Source: an uncultured bacterium
GTDB taxonomy: Bacteria; Verrucomicrobiota; Verrucomicrobiia; Limisphaerales; UBA8199
Direction of reading: 5' to 3'
NCBI GenBank assembly: GCA_963749495.1
Contig: CAVVMW010000022.1
Span: 256,001 to 320,000, forward strand
Length of the DNA stretch: 64,000 bases
The notes under the pieces were generated by a model. The model was not told where the DNA came from. It did no database searches and saw only the letters and a program-made list of their open reading frames with translations. Positions 31,977-43,268 of this stretch are shown here, one piece after another (within the stretch, counting starts at the first letter, position 1; the number at the start of each line of letters is the position of its first letter). A program made the translations under genes and the position numbers.

Positions 31977-33911
31977 CTACTTCGCCTCGACCTTGAGTCC
32001 CTCCAGCGCCGCGCCATCGGGCTGGCGCAGCCGGCAGCAGAAGCCCCAGTCCCCGGACCGGTTGGTCACCTTGAGGAGGAGTTGGTTCCAGCCTTGCTTG
32101 AGCCCGACCTTGACCGCGTCCTGCCGCGGGGCGAGGCCGCGTTCAGTATTGTTCGCATGGACCACGCTCCCATTCAACCAGACCTTGATGCCATCGTCGC
32201 TGCCCAACTCCAGCCGCGCCTCATGGTCCGCGGGCGACCACACCCGTGTGCGGGCGTAGGCCGCGATGTCATCGCCGCCGCCCAGAGCGGTGTTCAGGTT
32301 CACATCCCAGGTTCCGAGGCCCTTGGTCAGCGGCGTCCATTTCACATCCTTGGCATCCGGTCGCTCGGGGGGAAGCACGACATCAAACAGGGCGTGCGCG
32401 TCCTTGTCCTTTTCCCGGAAGGGACCGCAGACGGCCCAGTCGAGGATGTAACCCTCGAATTCCAGGAGGTCGTTCGGGTCCTCGAGCACCCGAGCCAGGT
32501 TCAGCATGGCGGCCAAGTTCTCTTTGCCGGCCAGGACGCCCAGGGCCTTGAGCGCCTCACGGCGCACGGCGCCGTCCGCTCCGGCGGCCAACTGGAGCAG
32601 TTGGCCCTCGGTCCCGGTGGTCCGTCTGCCGGCCATGGCGCGGATGGCCTCGACCTGCCGCTTGGGCTCCGAGGAACCCAGGACGCGCAGCAGCGCCTCT
32701 CGGACATCCCCGCGGCTGACCTGGAGCAAGCCGGTCCGGGCGGCCTGTTGCTCGAGCCCGGCACGCGTGGCGGCGGCCCCAACGAGCATGTCGATCACGG
32801 AAGCATCGCCAACAGCCCCCAGGGCTTCGTAAGCCGCCGCGCGGACCGCTTCAGCGGTCCCCGGGTTTTCTGCCACAGCCATCACCGCCGCAGCCGAGGC
32901 CGGGTCGTTGCGCGCGGCCAGCGCCCCGAGCAACAATTCCTGCGCTTCGGGCGGCAACGCCGGCAGCAGCTCCGCCAGCGACCGCGTCACGTCCTGCCCG
33001 TCTGCCGTGCGCGAAAAACCGATGGCCGCCCTGCGCAAGGCCGCATCCGGACTCTTGATGGACTCGACTAACGCGGAGAGCGACCGTGTGCCGCCGGCCG
33101 CCACCAGGCCGCGCAGGCCGGCGATGCGCAGGTTCCGGGGCTGCGCCGGCCGATAAAACGATTCATAGATCGGCATGGCCGCCGCCCGCTGTCCCGAGGC
33201 GAGCAAGCGGTCGGCCGCCAACAGGAGGGCCTCATCGATGCGCCGGGCCAGGTCGGCCTGGGCGTTGGCGCGGGCGCTCTGGAGGGCGTTGAGCGCGTCT
33301 GGCCCGCCGATCTTTCCCAGGGCCGTGGCGGCGGCTTGGGCCACGGCCAGGTCAGCCGAGCCGAGGAGCGCCTGCAGGTCCGGCACGGCCCTTTGGGAGC
33401 GCCGGTCTCCCAGTGAGTTGGCCATGCCCGCCTGGAGCTTGCCGGAGGTCTTGGCCATGGCCCGGCGCAGGGCCTCCGCAGCGGCAGGGTCCTCATTGCG
33501 GCCCAGCGCAACGCGGGCAATGTGCGACAGCTCCGGATCGGGCAGCAGCGCCTCCAGGGCCGGCACCGAGCGCGCGGTGCCGATGATGAAAAGCTGGCGG
33601 CAAATGAATTCCTTGGCGTCGCGCGTGGCGGCTCCGCCGAGCACCTCAAGCAGGCGGCCCTCGACCTGGTCGCGCTGGGCGGGGTCGGTGGCGGCCTGAA
33701 CGACAATCTGCTCGACCACGCCCAACGGGGCGGCATCTTTGCCGTACTGGAAGGCAGGGACTGCCTTGAGCGCCTGGTCGAGTTGCTGCAGGGCGTCGGG
33801 CTGGGCGGCAAAGGCACAGCGGGCCAGCAGGGCCAGGCCGCAGAGGGCGGCAAATCGGATGTGTCGGACACGTCGGACAGGTCGGACTGAGCGTGACATA
33901 TCGGTTCTCAT
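31977..33911 (-). CDS. Secreted HEAT-repeat protein with a C-terminal PA14-like beta-sandwich
   Basis: Signal peptide, Ala/Leu-rich HEAT repeats, WAVCGPF and LGSDDGIKVWLNG...LKQGWNQLLLKV. Confidence 0.8.
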   Translation of the reverse strand: MRTDMSRSVRPVRRVRHIRFAALCGLALLARCAFAAQPDALQQLDQALKAVPAFQYGKDAAPLGVVEQIVVQAATDPAQRDQVEGRLLEVLGGAATRDAKEFICRQLFIIGTARSVPALEALLPDPELSHIARVALGRNEDPAAAEALRRAMAKTSGKLQAGMANSLGDRRSQRAVPDLQALLGSADLAVAQAAATALGKIGGPDALNALQSARANAQADLARRIDEALLLAADRLLASGQRAAAMPIYESFYRPAQPRNLRIAGLRGLVAAGGTRSLSALVESIKSPDAALRRAAIGFSRTADGQDVTRSLAELLPALPPEAQELLLGALAARNDPASAAAVMAVAENPGTAEAVRAAAYEALGAVGDASVIDMLVGAAATRAGLEQQAARTGLLQVSRGDVREALLRVLGSSEPKRQVEAIRAMAGRRTTGTEGQLLQLAAGADGAVRREALKALGVLAGKENLAAMLNLARVLEDPNDLLEFEGYILDWAVCGPFREKDKDAHALFDVVLPPERPDAKDVKWTPLTKGLGTWDVNLNTALGGGDDIAAYARTRVWSPADHEARLELGSDDGIKVWLNGSVVHANNTERGLAPRQDAVKVGLKQGWNQLLLKVTNRSGDWGFCCRLRQPDGAALEGLKVEAK

Positions 33912-33972
33912 AGGAGTTAAGCCAGCGTCCACGGTTCGACGAAAGCAAATGGGCTGCTTGGGCCAACGCTCG

Positions 33973-34924
33973 TCACGCAATGAGCGCGAAGGCCTTGCGC
34001 AGCGCGGCGGCGGCGGCTTCGCAGGCCTCGTCCTTTGGCAGTCTATTGACGGCCTGGTTGAAGGGCTCGGCCCGGACGGGGCCGTCGTAGCCGATTTGGT
34101 TGAGGGCGTTGAGGAAGGCGGCCAGGTCAATGGTGCCGGTGGCGCAAGGCAGTTCGCGGCGGCTGTCCACTTGCTGGTCCTTGGGGATGCCCGCCGGGGC
34201 GTCGTTCAGGTCCACGGCGATCACATCGGCGGGTTTGAGCGAGAGCACGTCCGCCGCGGTGTCGCCGGCGTGCCACCAGTGCCAGCTATCGAGCACGAAG
34301 CCGACGTTGCCGGTGTTGATCTCGGCGATGAGGTCTTTCATCTCGGCCATCGTGTGAATGAAGGGATAGCGCCGGGTGACCCACGAGGTCTTCGGCCCCA
34401 CATATTCCAGCCCGAGCCGCACGGCGTGGTCGCCGAGGACCTTGGCCGCGGCCCGCAACCGGGTTGCGTGCTGGCGGAAATTGGGCAGGTAGGTGAGTTT
34501 GTCGTGGCAGGGCATCAGCCAGGTCCCCGCGCGAGCCACGCCGGCCCGCTCCAAGGCCGCGGCGAAGGCGGGCAAGGCCCTGAGTCCCTGCTCGAATCGC
34601 GTTTCATCCTGGCGAAACTCCAGGGGCAGGCCGGCGGCGCCGAAAACCAGCCCCTTGCTTTTCATTAACGCCTTGAGCTCGCCCAGTTGGTCATCCGAAA
34701 GCGAACCCAAGTAGCCCGCGTTGGCCTCGACGGATTCGAACCCATGGCGGGCCGCCAGGCTCGATGGCCTCCCGCTGGCCGGCCGAAACGCCGAGGTTGC
34801 CGCAGACCAGGTCCATCGTCATCTGGCGTCTCTTGGCCTGGGCCACGGCGCTCAGGAGCGCTCCCGCACTGAGCGAGGTGACTGCGGTGGTGGCGATAAA
34901 TTGTCGTCGATTAAGCGTGTTCAT
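33973..34924 (-). CDS. Tat-exported sugar phosphate isomerase/epimerase (xylose isomerase-like TIM barrel); frameshift near 34750
   Basis: LNRRQFI Tat motif; LGLEYVGP, LDSWHW, LNDAP, GYDGPVRAEPF. Confidence 0.85.
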
Positions 34925-35020
34925 AAGTGGAGCCTGCCCTAAAGGCCTTACAAAAGGCAACCTTTGTCAACACATTTTCGATTTTCAATTTTCATTTCCC
35001 GTACATAGTATCCATATCCC

Positions 35021-36306
35021 GTGCAGAATCTCACCCGCACTTGGCTGGGCATTGACGGCGGCGGCACGCGCACGACGGCGCTGCTGACCGATGCCGCCGG
35101 TCATGAGCTGGGCAGGCTGGAGAGCGGCCCGGCCAACCTGAGGCTCCTGAGCGATGCGCAGCTCAGCCAGCGTTTGCGCGCGATTGCGACACGCTTCCCC
35201 AGGCCCAGCGCGGTGGGCATTGGATTGGCCGGCGCCTGGGCCGAGCCGGACTGGCGACGCATCCGCCAGGCTGCGGGCCGGGCATGGCCAGGCGTGCCCT
35301 GCCTGGCCACGCACGACCTGGAGACGACCCTCGCAGCGGCCGGCCCCGGGCCGAGGGACGAGGGCCGAGGGGCGGAGATCCGTCCCCTCGACCCTCGACC
35401 CCCGACCCTCGGTCCCCCCGACCCAAGTCCTCATCCTCAGCGGCACGGGGTCCTGTTGCTACGGCGCCAACTCTGCCGGACGCACCGCCAAAGTTGGCGG
35501 CTGGGGCCACCTCCTCGGCGACCAGGCCAGCGGCTACGACATCGTTCTGAGTGCCGTGAAGGCCGTGGCCAGCCATTACGACCATACCTCCTCCTGGCCG
35601 GAGCTGGGGCCCGCTTCCTGCGCGCCCTGCAACTCAACCAACCCGATGACCTGATCAACTGGGCCCAGGCCGCAACCAAGGCCGAATTGGCGGCGCTGGC
35701 CCCCGAGGTCTTCGAGGCTTGGCAGGCCGGGGACAAGCTGGCTTCGCCAATCATCACTGCGGCCGCGCGCCGTCTGGCCGGAGACGCCGCCCGGTGCGCG
35801 CGCAAACTGGCCCCGCCTGGCAGCCCGGTCAGGTTTGTTCTGGCCGGAGGCGTCTTGCTCAACCAACCCCGTTTGTCTGGGGGGCGCTGGCCGAGGCCAA
35901 GCGACGCCGTGCAACAACCATCCTCGTGTGCTTCAATCCGTACCTGAGAATCCCGCCGGCGCTCCGGCCGGGGATTGTGATTGCGCCGAACCTGGGCCCT
36001 GAATTGCTCACCGGCTCCACCCGCTTGAAGGCGGGCACGGCCACCAAGCTCATCCTCAACCTCTTCACCACGCTGGCGATGGTCCGTCTGGGCAAGGTCC
36101 TGAGCAACTTGATGGTCGAGATGAAGCCATCGAACCGGAAGCTGCACGCCCGCGCCGTCCGCATCGTCCAGGCCCTGACCGCCGCCGCGCCCCCCGCCGC
36201 CCAAGCCGCCCTGGAGCGCAGCGGGTGGAACGTCAGGGAGGCAGTCGTGAGGCTCAGGCGATTCGGCCGGGCCGAAAAGCCGAGTTTAAGGGCTTCGGTC
36301 TTCTAA
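35021..36306 (+). pseudogene. BadF/BadG-type N-acetylglucosamine kinase joined to the C-terminal half of MurQ etherase; frameshifts and an internal deletion
   Basis: LGIDGGGTRT, ILSGTGS, GGWGHLLGDQASGY; then TPFVWGAL...GPELLTGSTRLKAGTATKLILN...SNRKL; N-terminal SIS half of MurQ absent. Confidence 0.75.
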
Positions 36307-36465
36307 ATCGGAACAGCGGACATTGGCACCCTCACGCGGGCTTCCGACCTTTGTCGCAGCCTTTGTCGCGGCCTTTGTCGAATGAGCCGTTTCTCGACAA
36401 AGGCTGCGACAAAGGTTGTGCCAATGTTAGGTGGTTCGATTTAGACTGGGCTGCGGATCGGTCGC

Positions 36466-37083
36466 TCACCCCGCCAGGTGGCGGGTCAGGAGCGTCTCGA
36501 GGCTGCCGAATTTGCCCTGGAGATACCAGGCGGTAATGAATCTGAGGATGCCCGTGGACATCAACAGCGTTAGGGCGCTGGCCAGGTAGAGCCCGAAGGC
36601 GTGCGGGGGGTCGGGCTCCAGCATCCGTGGCACTCCCTGGTAGAGGACGGCGATGGAGAGGACGATGCCCAGCGCCCAACTCACCCAGGGTGACGTGCCT
36701 GGAAAGGCATCGAGCAGATGGAACAGGAAGAGGGGGCTCAGCCCGTAGGCCACGGTGGTGAAGGCCTGCCTGTAATTGTGCTGTCCATGAAAGGTCTCGC
36801 ACATGGATTTGACCACCTTGGCGCTGATGAAGACGAGGGCCAGGAACAGGAGGATCTGCGCGACCTCGAAGAGGGTGGCTTCGGTTATGGAATAGTTCTT
36901 GAGGCGCTGCACTTCGCCATGGTACTTGCCCCAATGCACCAGGCCGTAGCCCTCGACAGCGGAAGTGATTCCCAGCAACGGCAACAAAAAGCAGAGCACA
37001 ATGAAGCCCAGGCGACGCTGGGTCTGAAAGATCCGTTCCCAGGTCGGCACTGTGTCAAAAATGAGCAGCAACGCTTTGATCAT
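36466..37083 (-). CDS. Yip1 family membrane protein
   Basis: About five TM helices; YRQAFTTVAYGLSP, LYQGVPRML. Confidence 0.75.
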   Translation of the reverse strand: MIKALLLIFDTVPTWERIFQTQRRLGFIVLCFLLPLLGITSAVEGYGLVHWGKYHGEVQRLKNYSITEATLFEVAQILLFLALVFISAKVVKSMCETFHGQHNYRQAFTTVAYGLSPLFLFHLLDAFPGTSPWVSWALGIVLSIAVLYQGVPRMLEPDPPHAFGLYLASALTLLMSTGILRFITAWYLQGKFGSLETLLTRHLAG

Positions 37084-37289
37084 GCGACAGCAGGAAGGGA
37101 GCATCCCAAGCATTGCGCTGGAAGTCAATGCCAGCCTCAACTGAGTCGCTCCGGCCGGTTTTGTCCTGTGTAATCCTGTGTAATCAACACACGGCGCGGC
37201 CCGGCGTTCATTCCAGGAGGGTCGAGGGCGCGTAGCGCAGGCGCACGAGAGAATTCTTCGGGTGCATCATGGAATCGGCGGCGCGTGCT

Positions 37290-37486
37290 CTGGACGCCAA
37301 AGGCGTCGTTCATAGCAGCCCAGGGCAACGCCCTGGGAACAGCCGCCAATAATCATCTGCAGCGCTGAAAGCGCGATTCATCTCCGGCAGCCTTATGAGG
37401 CAGGCCGTTGGCCTGCAACGGAATGAAAACGCCCGGTGTTCCCAGGGCGTTGCCCTGGGCTGATATGAACCAGGCCGTTGGCCTGA
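37290..37486. repeat. REPIN-like element
   Basis: CAGCCCAGGGCAACGCCCTGGGAAC (~37316-37340) mirrored by GTTCCCAGGGCGTTGCCCTGGGCTG (~37438-37462). Confidence 0.8.
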
Positions 37487-37704
37487 ACGCCAGCGTGCCA
37501 GCTCCAAGCCTGGCATCAGGGGGAGGAGCAACTGGTGTACAGACGAAAGTTCCCGAAATCTCCGCAAATCACAGGGTTTGAAGAATCTCCCCTGCACCCA
37601 CGTAGTGCGGCCCCTCCTCGACACTCGGCACTGGGCACTCGACCCTCGGCACTCGCGCCAGATTCGCATTTACTCCCGGAGCGGCCCGTGGTTAACTGCG
37701 CGGG

Positions 37705-38031
37705 ATGAACGGCGATGTCGGCCTGTGGGATAAACTGACGCGCGTGGCTCTGTTCCTTTTGTTCGTTGCGCTCCTGCTCCTGGTGGCGGTGTGGTATTTG
37801 CCGCTGATTCAGCAAAACGAGCGGCTGCGGCAGACGCTCTACGATTACGACGCCAGGATTCAGCGGGCCTCCGAGGAGGGCAAGCAGCTCAAGGCGGCCT
37901 ATGATGCGTTACGGCACGACCCCAAGGCGGTGGAACGCCTGGCCCGTGAGCGGCTCGGGTATGCCAGGACGGGCGAAACGGTCATTCGCTTCGAAGCGCC
38001 CATTGCCACCAACGCGCCGAGCCGGCCGTAA
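37705..38031 (+). CDS. Septum formation initiator (FtsB/DivIC family)
   Basis: TM helix, coiled coil, DPKAVERLARERLGYARTGETVIRF. Confidence 0.88.
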   Translation: MNGDVGLWDKLTRVALFLLFVALLLLVAVWYLPLIQQNERLRQTLYDYDARIQRASEEGKQLKAAYDALRHDPKAVERLARERLGYARTGETVIRFEAPIATNAPSRP

Positions 38032-38222
38032 GAGCGGCTGGCAAAACCAACCTGGGATCTCCGACCCCAGACCTTTGTCGCCGCCTTTGTCGAGGCAAGG
38101 TCAACCCGACAAAGGTTGCGACAAAGGTCCGGACTCGCGGCGCTCATGGAAACAGGCGCTGCACCCAGCGCCGTGTTGCACCAAACAGTTTAATTTTGCC
38201 AGCCGCTCGAAGACAACCCCGC

Positions 38223-38783
38223 TCACACCGTCATGATCTCCTTTTCCTTGACCGCCAGGTGGCCGTCGAGCTTGACGATGTAGTCGTCGGTCAGCTTCTG
38301 CAGTTCTTTCTCGGCCTGTTTGACCTCGTCCTCGGTGATGCCGCTGTCGTGGCCGTGCTTTTTCATCTGGTCCATGGCATCGCGGCGCACGTGCCGAATG
38401 GCCACGCGCCCATCTTCGGCCATCTTGCGGACGATCTTGACGAACTCCTGGCGGCGTTCCTGGCTCAATTCCGGGAAGAAGATGCGGATGACCTTGCCCT
38501 GGATGGAGGGTGTCAGGCCCAGGTTGCTCTTGAGGATGGCCTTTTCGATGTGGTGCAGCGAATTGATGTCCCAGGGTTGAATGGCCAGGGTTCGCGGCTC
38601 CGGGGTCGTGATGCCGGCCACTTCACGAATGCGCATCTGGGCCCCGTAAACCTCCACCAGGATGTTCTCGACCAGGGCGGGCGAGGCCCTGCCGGTGCGG
38701 ACCCCGGCGAATTCATTGATGACCACCTGCTCGGTCTTGCTCATCTTGTCTTCCGCTTCGAGTAGAAAATCGTCCAGTGTCAT
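38223..38783 (-). CDS. frr: Ribosome recycling factor
   Basis: VRTGRASP, FPELSQERRQE, RVAIRHVRRD, KEKEIMTV. Confidence 0.97.
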   Translation of the reverse strand: MTLDDFLLEAEDKMSKTEQVVINEFAGVRTGRASPALVENILVEVYGAQMRIREVAGITTPEPRTLAIQPWDINSLHHIEKAILKSNLGLTPSIQGKVIRIFFPELSQERRQEFVKIVRKMAEDGRVAIRHVRRDAMDQMKKHGHDSGITEDEVKQAEKELQKLTDDYIVKLDGHLAVKEKEIMTV

Positions 38784-38875
38784 AGGTGTTTGAAACGTAG
38801 CAAAGGCCCGGCAAAGTGTATAGGGGCAAGTTGCCGCGCTTACACGTCTTTTCAATCCATTGGACAGGAGTTTCC

Positions 38876-38974
38876 CGAATGACGAATGACGAATGACGAA
38901 TGACGAATGACAAGAGCGGCCGATCCATGTGCAGTTTCGTCATTCGTCATTCGTCATTCGTCATTCGTCATTCA
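38876..38974. repeat. Inverted pair of (AATGACG)n heptamer arrays; same heptamer at ~40926-40951, 47275-47356, 48855-48881, 54163-54197, 61365-61416, 61498-61640
   Basis: Direct reading. Confidence 0.95.
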
Positions 38975-40874
38975 GTCCTCCGCTGCGCATCCGAATGAAA
39001 AGTGGCATAAGGCCCTACCCCCTCTATCAGGAGGCGCCTCTCCGCCTCTTCATTTCCCAGCCCATTGCGGGCGCGCATCACGGCCATCCCCACCACGGGC
39101 GGGTAGGCCTGGTCGGCCCGCATGCGGGGCTCGACGTATTCGATGACCTCGAACGCCAGGTGGCTGGCCTCCCGGTATCCCAGGCCGGTCAGCTTTTGGA
39201 TGTAGCGGGTGGAGCGGTCGATGAGCTTGAGGTTGCTGGGCACGACCCAGATCATGTAATTGCCCAGGACCCGTCCCAGGCGCACCATCGTGCAGGTGGA
39301 CAGCGCGTTGAGCAGCATCTTGAGCCCCGAGCGCGTCACGCCGTCGAGCAGGAAATCATGGTCCGGGACCGGGACCCACACCGCCCGGCACTGCGGGTCC
39401 CAGGAGGCGGCGAACCGCCTGAGAGGTTCCACCGACGCCGCGCCGCCGAAATAGATGAGCCCCGTGCCTGCGCCCGCTTGCCGCGCCCGCTCCAACTGCT
39501 CCCGGAAGAAACCCCCTCGGCCCAGCAGCAACTCCGCCTCCGCCTCGGCCACGATCGCCACGGCGCTGTCGCCCCTGCCCAGCGGCCGGTGCCCCAGGCC
39601 ATCGAGGCCCACGCGGAACCGCATCAACTCCGCCCGGCTGATGTTGCGCACCACCTCGCAGGTCCGGCCGGCCTTCTCCCGGCCCACCAACTCGAGCACG
39701 GCCGCCTCGCTCCACTCCACACACTGAGGCGGGCGCTTGAGAATCCGTTCCCAGGCCCGGGGCGCGTCGGGGGCTGGCACGAAGAGGAACGACCAGGACT
39801 CGGCCGCCGCGCGGTCATCGAACTTGCGAAACGGCGGAGTGCAATAGGTGGGCGAGCGCTCCGTGGTGTCGGTCAAGGCATCGATCCCGAAGCGGTCCGC
39901 GAAGTAGTTGTTTTTGCGGCCGGAGCGATAAACGGACTCCTCGAGGAGACGGCGCCTGCCAAACCGGCGAGCACGGCGGGCGATTGGAGCGTCGCGTGGA
40001 GCGTCGTGAGCCGCTCCAGGAACTGGCGGGGCACCCCCTCGGCATCCAGGGCGCAGGGCCCCGCCGGGTCCAGTTCTTTCATCAGGCCCCGGGCGGCCAT
40101 CTCCAGGACCGTCAGCAGCACGCACAGTTGGATGGTCGTCGCCTGCATGCGGGTCGAGCCGGTGATGGACATCGGGCCCGTGGTGAGATTGAGCTTCTGG
40201 ATACGCGGCTCCTGGATCACCTCGCGGCTGCGCTCGACGTGCCGGCACAGCACGTCGTCCGGGTTGTTATACACGAAATAGACCCGCGCCCCGGCCTCGA
40301 CTCCCTTCCAGGCAGTGCCGATGACGAACGAGGTCTCGCCCCCCTCGGTGATGGCAAAAACAATGTCGCCGGCCGACACCCCCAGGTCCCCAATCTGCTT
40401 GCGGCCAAAGACGGAGAAGTCCTCGAACCCCTCCACGGACTTGATCAAGGCGAAATCGCCCCCGGCCATGACGCTCAGGGCGCGCTGCTCCAGGTCGAAC
40501 GTCGAGGGTGAACAGACCAGGCCGCGCGCGCGCTGGCGTTGCCAGAAATCCCGCCAGATGGACACCAACTGGATGCTCAGCCGGCCAGTGGAACCGCAAC
40601 CGGTGAAAAACAGCCTCCGGCCATTCTTCAAAGCGTCCGCCACTGCCCCGGCGATGGCTGCCGCGCGGCCCGACTGCGCGAACTCGCTGTAAGTGCGCAC
40701 CACGTCCCCATCCGCCTGGAACAACAAGCTGAGGGCGGCGCTGACATCGCCCCGGGCGGTCTGGCTAAGGTTGGCGGTGACCGGGTGGGAGGATTCGGTT
40801 GTGAGCGCCCCAAGCTGGAATTGATCGCAGATCTTGAGGAATTCTTCGGCCCGTCTCTTGGAGGTCTCGCTCAT
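38968..40874 (-). CDS. SIS-domain MurQ/glucokinase-regulator-like protein; frameshift near 39950
   Basis: LTTESSHP, FFTGCGSTGRL, MAGGD..LIKSVEGFED, GPMSITGSTRMQA, KMLLNALST..MVRLGRVLGNYM...SNLKLIDR. Confidence 0.8.
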
Positions 40875-40994
40875 GACAAACTCCGGGAATCTGTGCCTGG
40901 CACCCGGGGGCTGCAATCAAATTCCTCGTTCGTCATTCGTCATTCGTCATTTCCTCTCCTTGTCAACACGCGGTGGATCAGCTAAGCAAGCGGT

Positions 40995-41825
40995 GTGAGT
41001 ACGCCGGTTTCAGCCGACCAGGAGATTCGGGAGATGCCGCGACAGCGCCTGCGCTGGTGGATTCACCTGGTGTTGATTGGGGCCTTTCCGCTGGCGGTCG
41101 GGTTAGCAGGCTGGCAGCGGGCGCGGTCCCACTTTCCGGCGCTGAGCCACAACGCGCCGGGCCTGTTGAGGGTGTGCTTCTTCGAGTTGGCGATTTTCGG
41201 GGTGGTGTTTGGCCTGGCGTGGCTGGCTTCGCGCGCCTCGCGCCAGGACCTGCTGTTGCCGTGGCGCGGGGGTTTTTGGGCGCTCCCGTTGAGCATCGCC
41301 TACTCGGTGGCATTGCGCCTGGCGGTGGCGTTTGCCGCGGCGGTCGTGGGGACGGCCCTGATCCTGAGCCGGCTGATCTCCCTGGAGGGCCTGCGGCAAT
41401 TCCTGTTCGCCAATCGGCCCGACATCGAGGCCCTCATCAACATCCCGGCGTTGCGCCACGACCCGCTCTACTTCTGGCTCATGATGACGCTGGTCAGCTT
41501 CATTGTGGCGGGGTTTCGCGAAGAGCTTTGGCGGTGCAGTTTCCTGGCCGGGATGCGGGCGCTCTGGCCGCAGAACTTTGGAACGCAGGTCGGCCAACTC
41601 GGGGCGGTCGCCATCGGCGCGGTCATTTTCGGCCTCGGCCACCTCGCCATGGGCCCACTGGCCGTTCTTCCCACAACCCTGCTCGGCTTCGGCTTGGGCG
41701 CCATCCTGGTCCTCCATCGTTCGATCTGGCCGGCCGTGCTGGCGCACGGGTTCTTCGACGCAACCACGTTTCTGCTCATCGTGCTCTTCCCGAGGCTGAT
41801 CGAGCAGGCAGAGCAGTTGCAGTAA
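40995..41825 (+). CDS. CPBP family intramembrane metalloprotease (CAAX/Abi)
   Basis: REELWR, FGLGH, AH.FFD motifs; multiple TM helices. Confidence 0.88.
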   Translation: MSTPVSADQEIREMPRQRLRWWIHLVLIGAFPLAVGLAGWQRARSHFPALSHNAPGLLRVCFFELAIFGVVFGLAWLASRASRQDLLLPWRGGFWALPLSIAYSVALRLAVAFAAAVVGTALILSRLISLEGLRQFLFANRPDIEALINIPALRHDPLYFWLMMTLVSFIVAGFREELWRCSFLAGMRALWPQNFGTQVGQLGAVAIGAVIFGLGHLAMGPLAVLPTTLLGFGLGAILVLHRSIWPAVLAHGFFDATTFLLIVLFPRLIEQAEQLQ

Positions 41826-41942
41826 ACCGGAGCTCCCAAGATGGGCGCATCCTTTGTCGTCTCCTTTGTCGCAGCCTTTGTCGAAGACGACCCATTCGAC
41901 AAAGGTCGCGACAAAGGTTGCGACAAAGGTTGTGCCAACGAT

Positions 41943-42566
41943 TTAGAGTTCCGCCGCCTGACGGCGCACCCGCTCGAGGTCTATGTGTTTGGCGGCCAGG
42001 ACCATGAGCGGGTCCAGGTTGCCGCAGGCGGATGCGATGATTAACTGGCCCTCGTGCAGCACCATGATACAGGCCCTGGTCCGCCTGGGCGAAAGCCGTT
42101 TGCGCGGCACATACACGCTGACCAGGTCCTGGTCCTTGCACACGCCCACAACCCTGTGCCAGCCGCGGCCCGCCATGGCCCTGTCCAAGGTGGCCAGGAT
42201 TGAGGCCCGGTCCGCACACTGGGGCTCTGAGCGGAACTTGTAGATGCCGACCTCGGCGTTGCGCAGGCTCTCGAAAGCCGCGCGCGGCTCCGCGTCCATC
42301 GGAAAGAACCGCGAGCCCAGCCGCACCAGCCCCACGGTGAAGCCGCCGACATTCACCGCAATGGTCTTGTCCCAGCTCCCGCCGATCGAGCCCATCACGC
42401 TCCGGCGCATCGCGGCGGCATCGGGGCCGAGCCGAAAATAGCCCGTGACCGAATAGACACAAAAACCCGCCGCCAGGAACAGGCACGCCGGCACCAGGCA
42501 GGCCGCACTCATCCACCATGCCGCCCGGGGCGGTTCGTGCGCATTGATCAATATCTCCTTATTCAT
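41943..42566 (-). CDS. Hypothetical membrane-anchored protein, DUF4252-like C-terminus
   Basis: GWHRVVGVCKDQDLVSVY resembles GWERLVKVSKQDQDVAVY of the upstream gene. Confidence 0.6.
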   Translation of the reverse strand: MNKEILINAHEPPRAAWWMSAACLVPACLFLAAGFCVYSVTGYFRLGPDAAAMRRSVMGSIGGSWDKTIAVNVGGFTVGLVRLGSRFFPMDAEPRAAFESLRNAEVGIYKFRSEPQCADRASILATLDRAMAGRGWHRVVGVCKDQDLVSVYVPRKRLSPRRTRACIMVLHEGQLIIASACGNLDPLMVLAAKHIDLERVRRQAAEL

Positions 42567-42569
42567 GGC

Positions 42570-42676
42570 TTTGGACTATGGACTGTGGACTGCAGGATCT
42601 GAAATCTGAGATTTGGGATCTGAAATCTGATCCGGGGACTGTGGACTCTGGACTGTGGACTCTGGACTGTGGACTG
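42570..42676. repeat. (GGACTGT)n heptamer arrays flanking a (GATCTGA/AATCTGA)-type array; same heptamer at ~44058-44083, 44176-44205, 45605-45632
   Basis: Direct reading. Confidence 0.85.
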
Positions 42677-42680
42677 GTTT

Positions 42681-43268
42681 TCAGTGTCCGCCCATCTCGG
42701 ACATCTGTCCGAGCTTCTTGAGGGGATCGATGTGCAGGCGCTCCCCCAGAAGGGCCAATTGTTCGGGCTTAATGTCGCCCACGACATTCACGAAGATGGC
42801 CTGCTGGTCTTTATCCATGACCACGACTGCCAGGCCCTGCACCGCCTCGTCGCCGTGGGTCTTGAGATATACCGCGACATCCTGGTCCTGCTTAGACACC
42901 TTGACGAGCCGCTCCCAGCCCTTGCCTTCGAGGTCTTTGCGGACCTTCTGTGCCCGTTTCCGCACCTCGTCGCGGTTCTGATCGGTGAGGGCGATGACGT
43001 TCACATGGATGAGCTGGATGCGGCTGAGCAGCTTGGCCGCCTCCGGCTCCTGTTTCTCGACGAATTTTGCCGCCAGGCCAATCAGGCTGGCGGGCACGTT
43101 GATCTCGACAAACTCACTGGTCGAATCCGAAGGCGAGAAGTTGCCGAAATCCACCTCTCCCGGCAGCGGGCCCTCGGCGCGAGCGCTGGCCGCGGCCAAG
43201 GCGACCAGCGCAATCCCAAACACTAATGCGACCGACATGGTCTTCTTCATCTTGATCTCTTTGTTCAT
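42681..43268 (-). CDS. DUF4252 domain-containing secreted protein
   Basis: Signal peptide, FVEINVP, GWERLVKV, IFVNVVGDIKPEQL. Confidence 0.8.
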   Translation of the reverse strand: MNKEIKMKKTMSVALVFGIALVALAAASARAEGPLPGEVDFGNFSPSDSTSEFVEINVPASLIGLAAKFVEKQEPEAAKLLSRIQLIHVNVIALTDQNRDEVRKRAQKVRKDLEGKGWERLVKVSKQDQDVAVYLKTHGDEAVQGLAVVVMDKDQQAIFVNVVGDIKPEQLALLGERLHIDPLKKLGQMSEMGGH

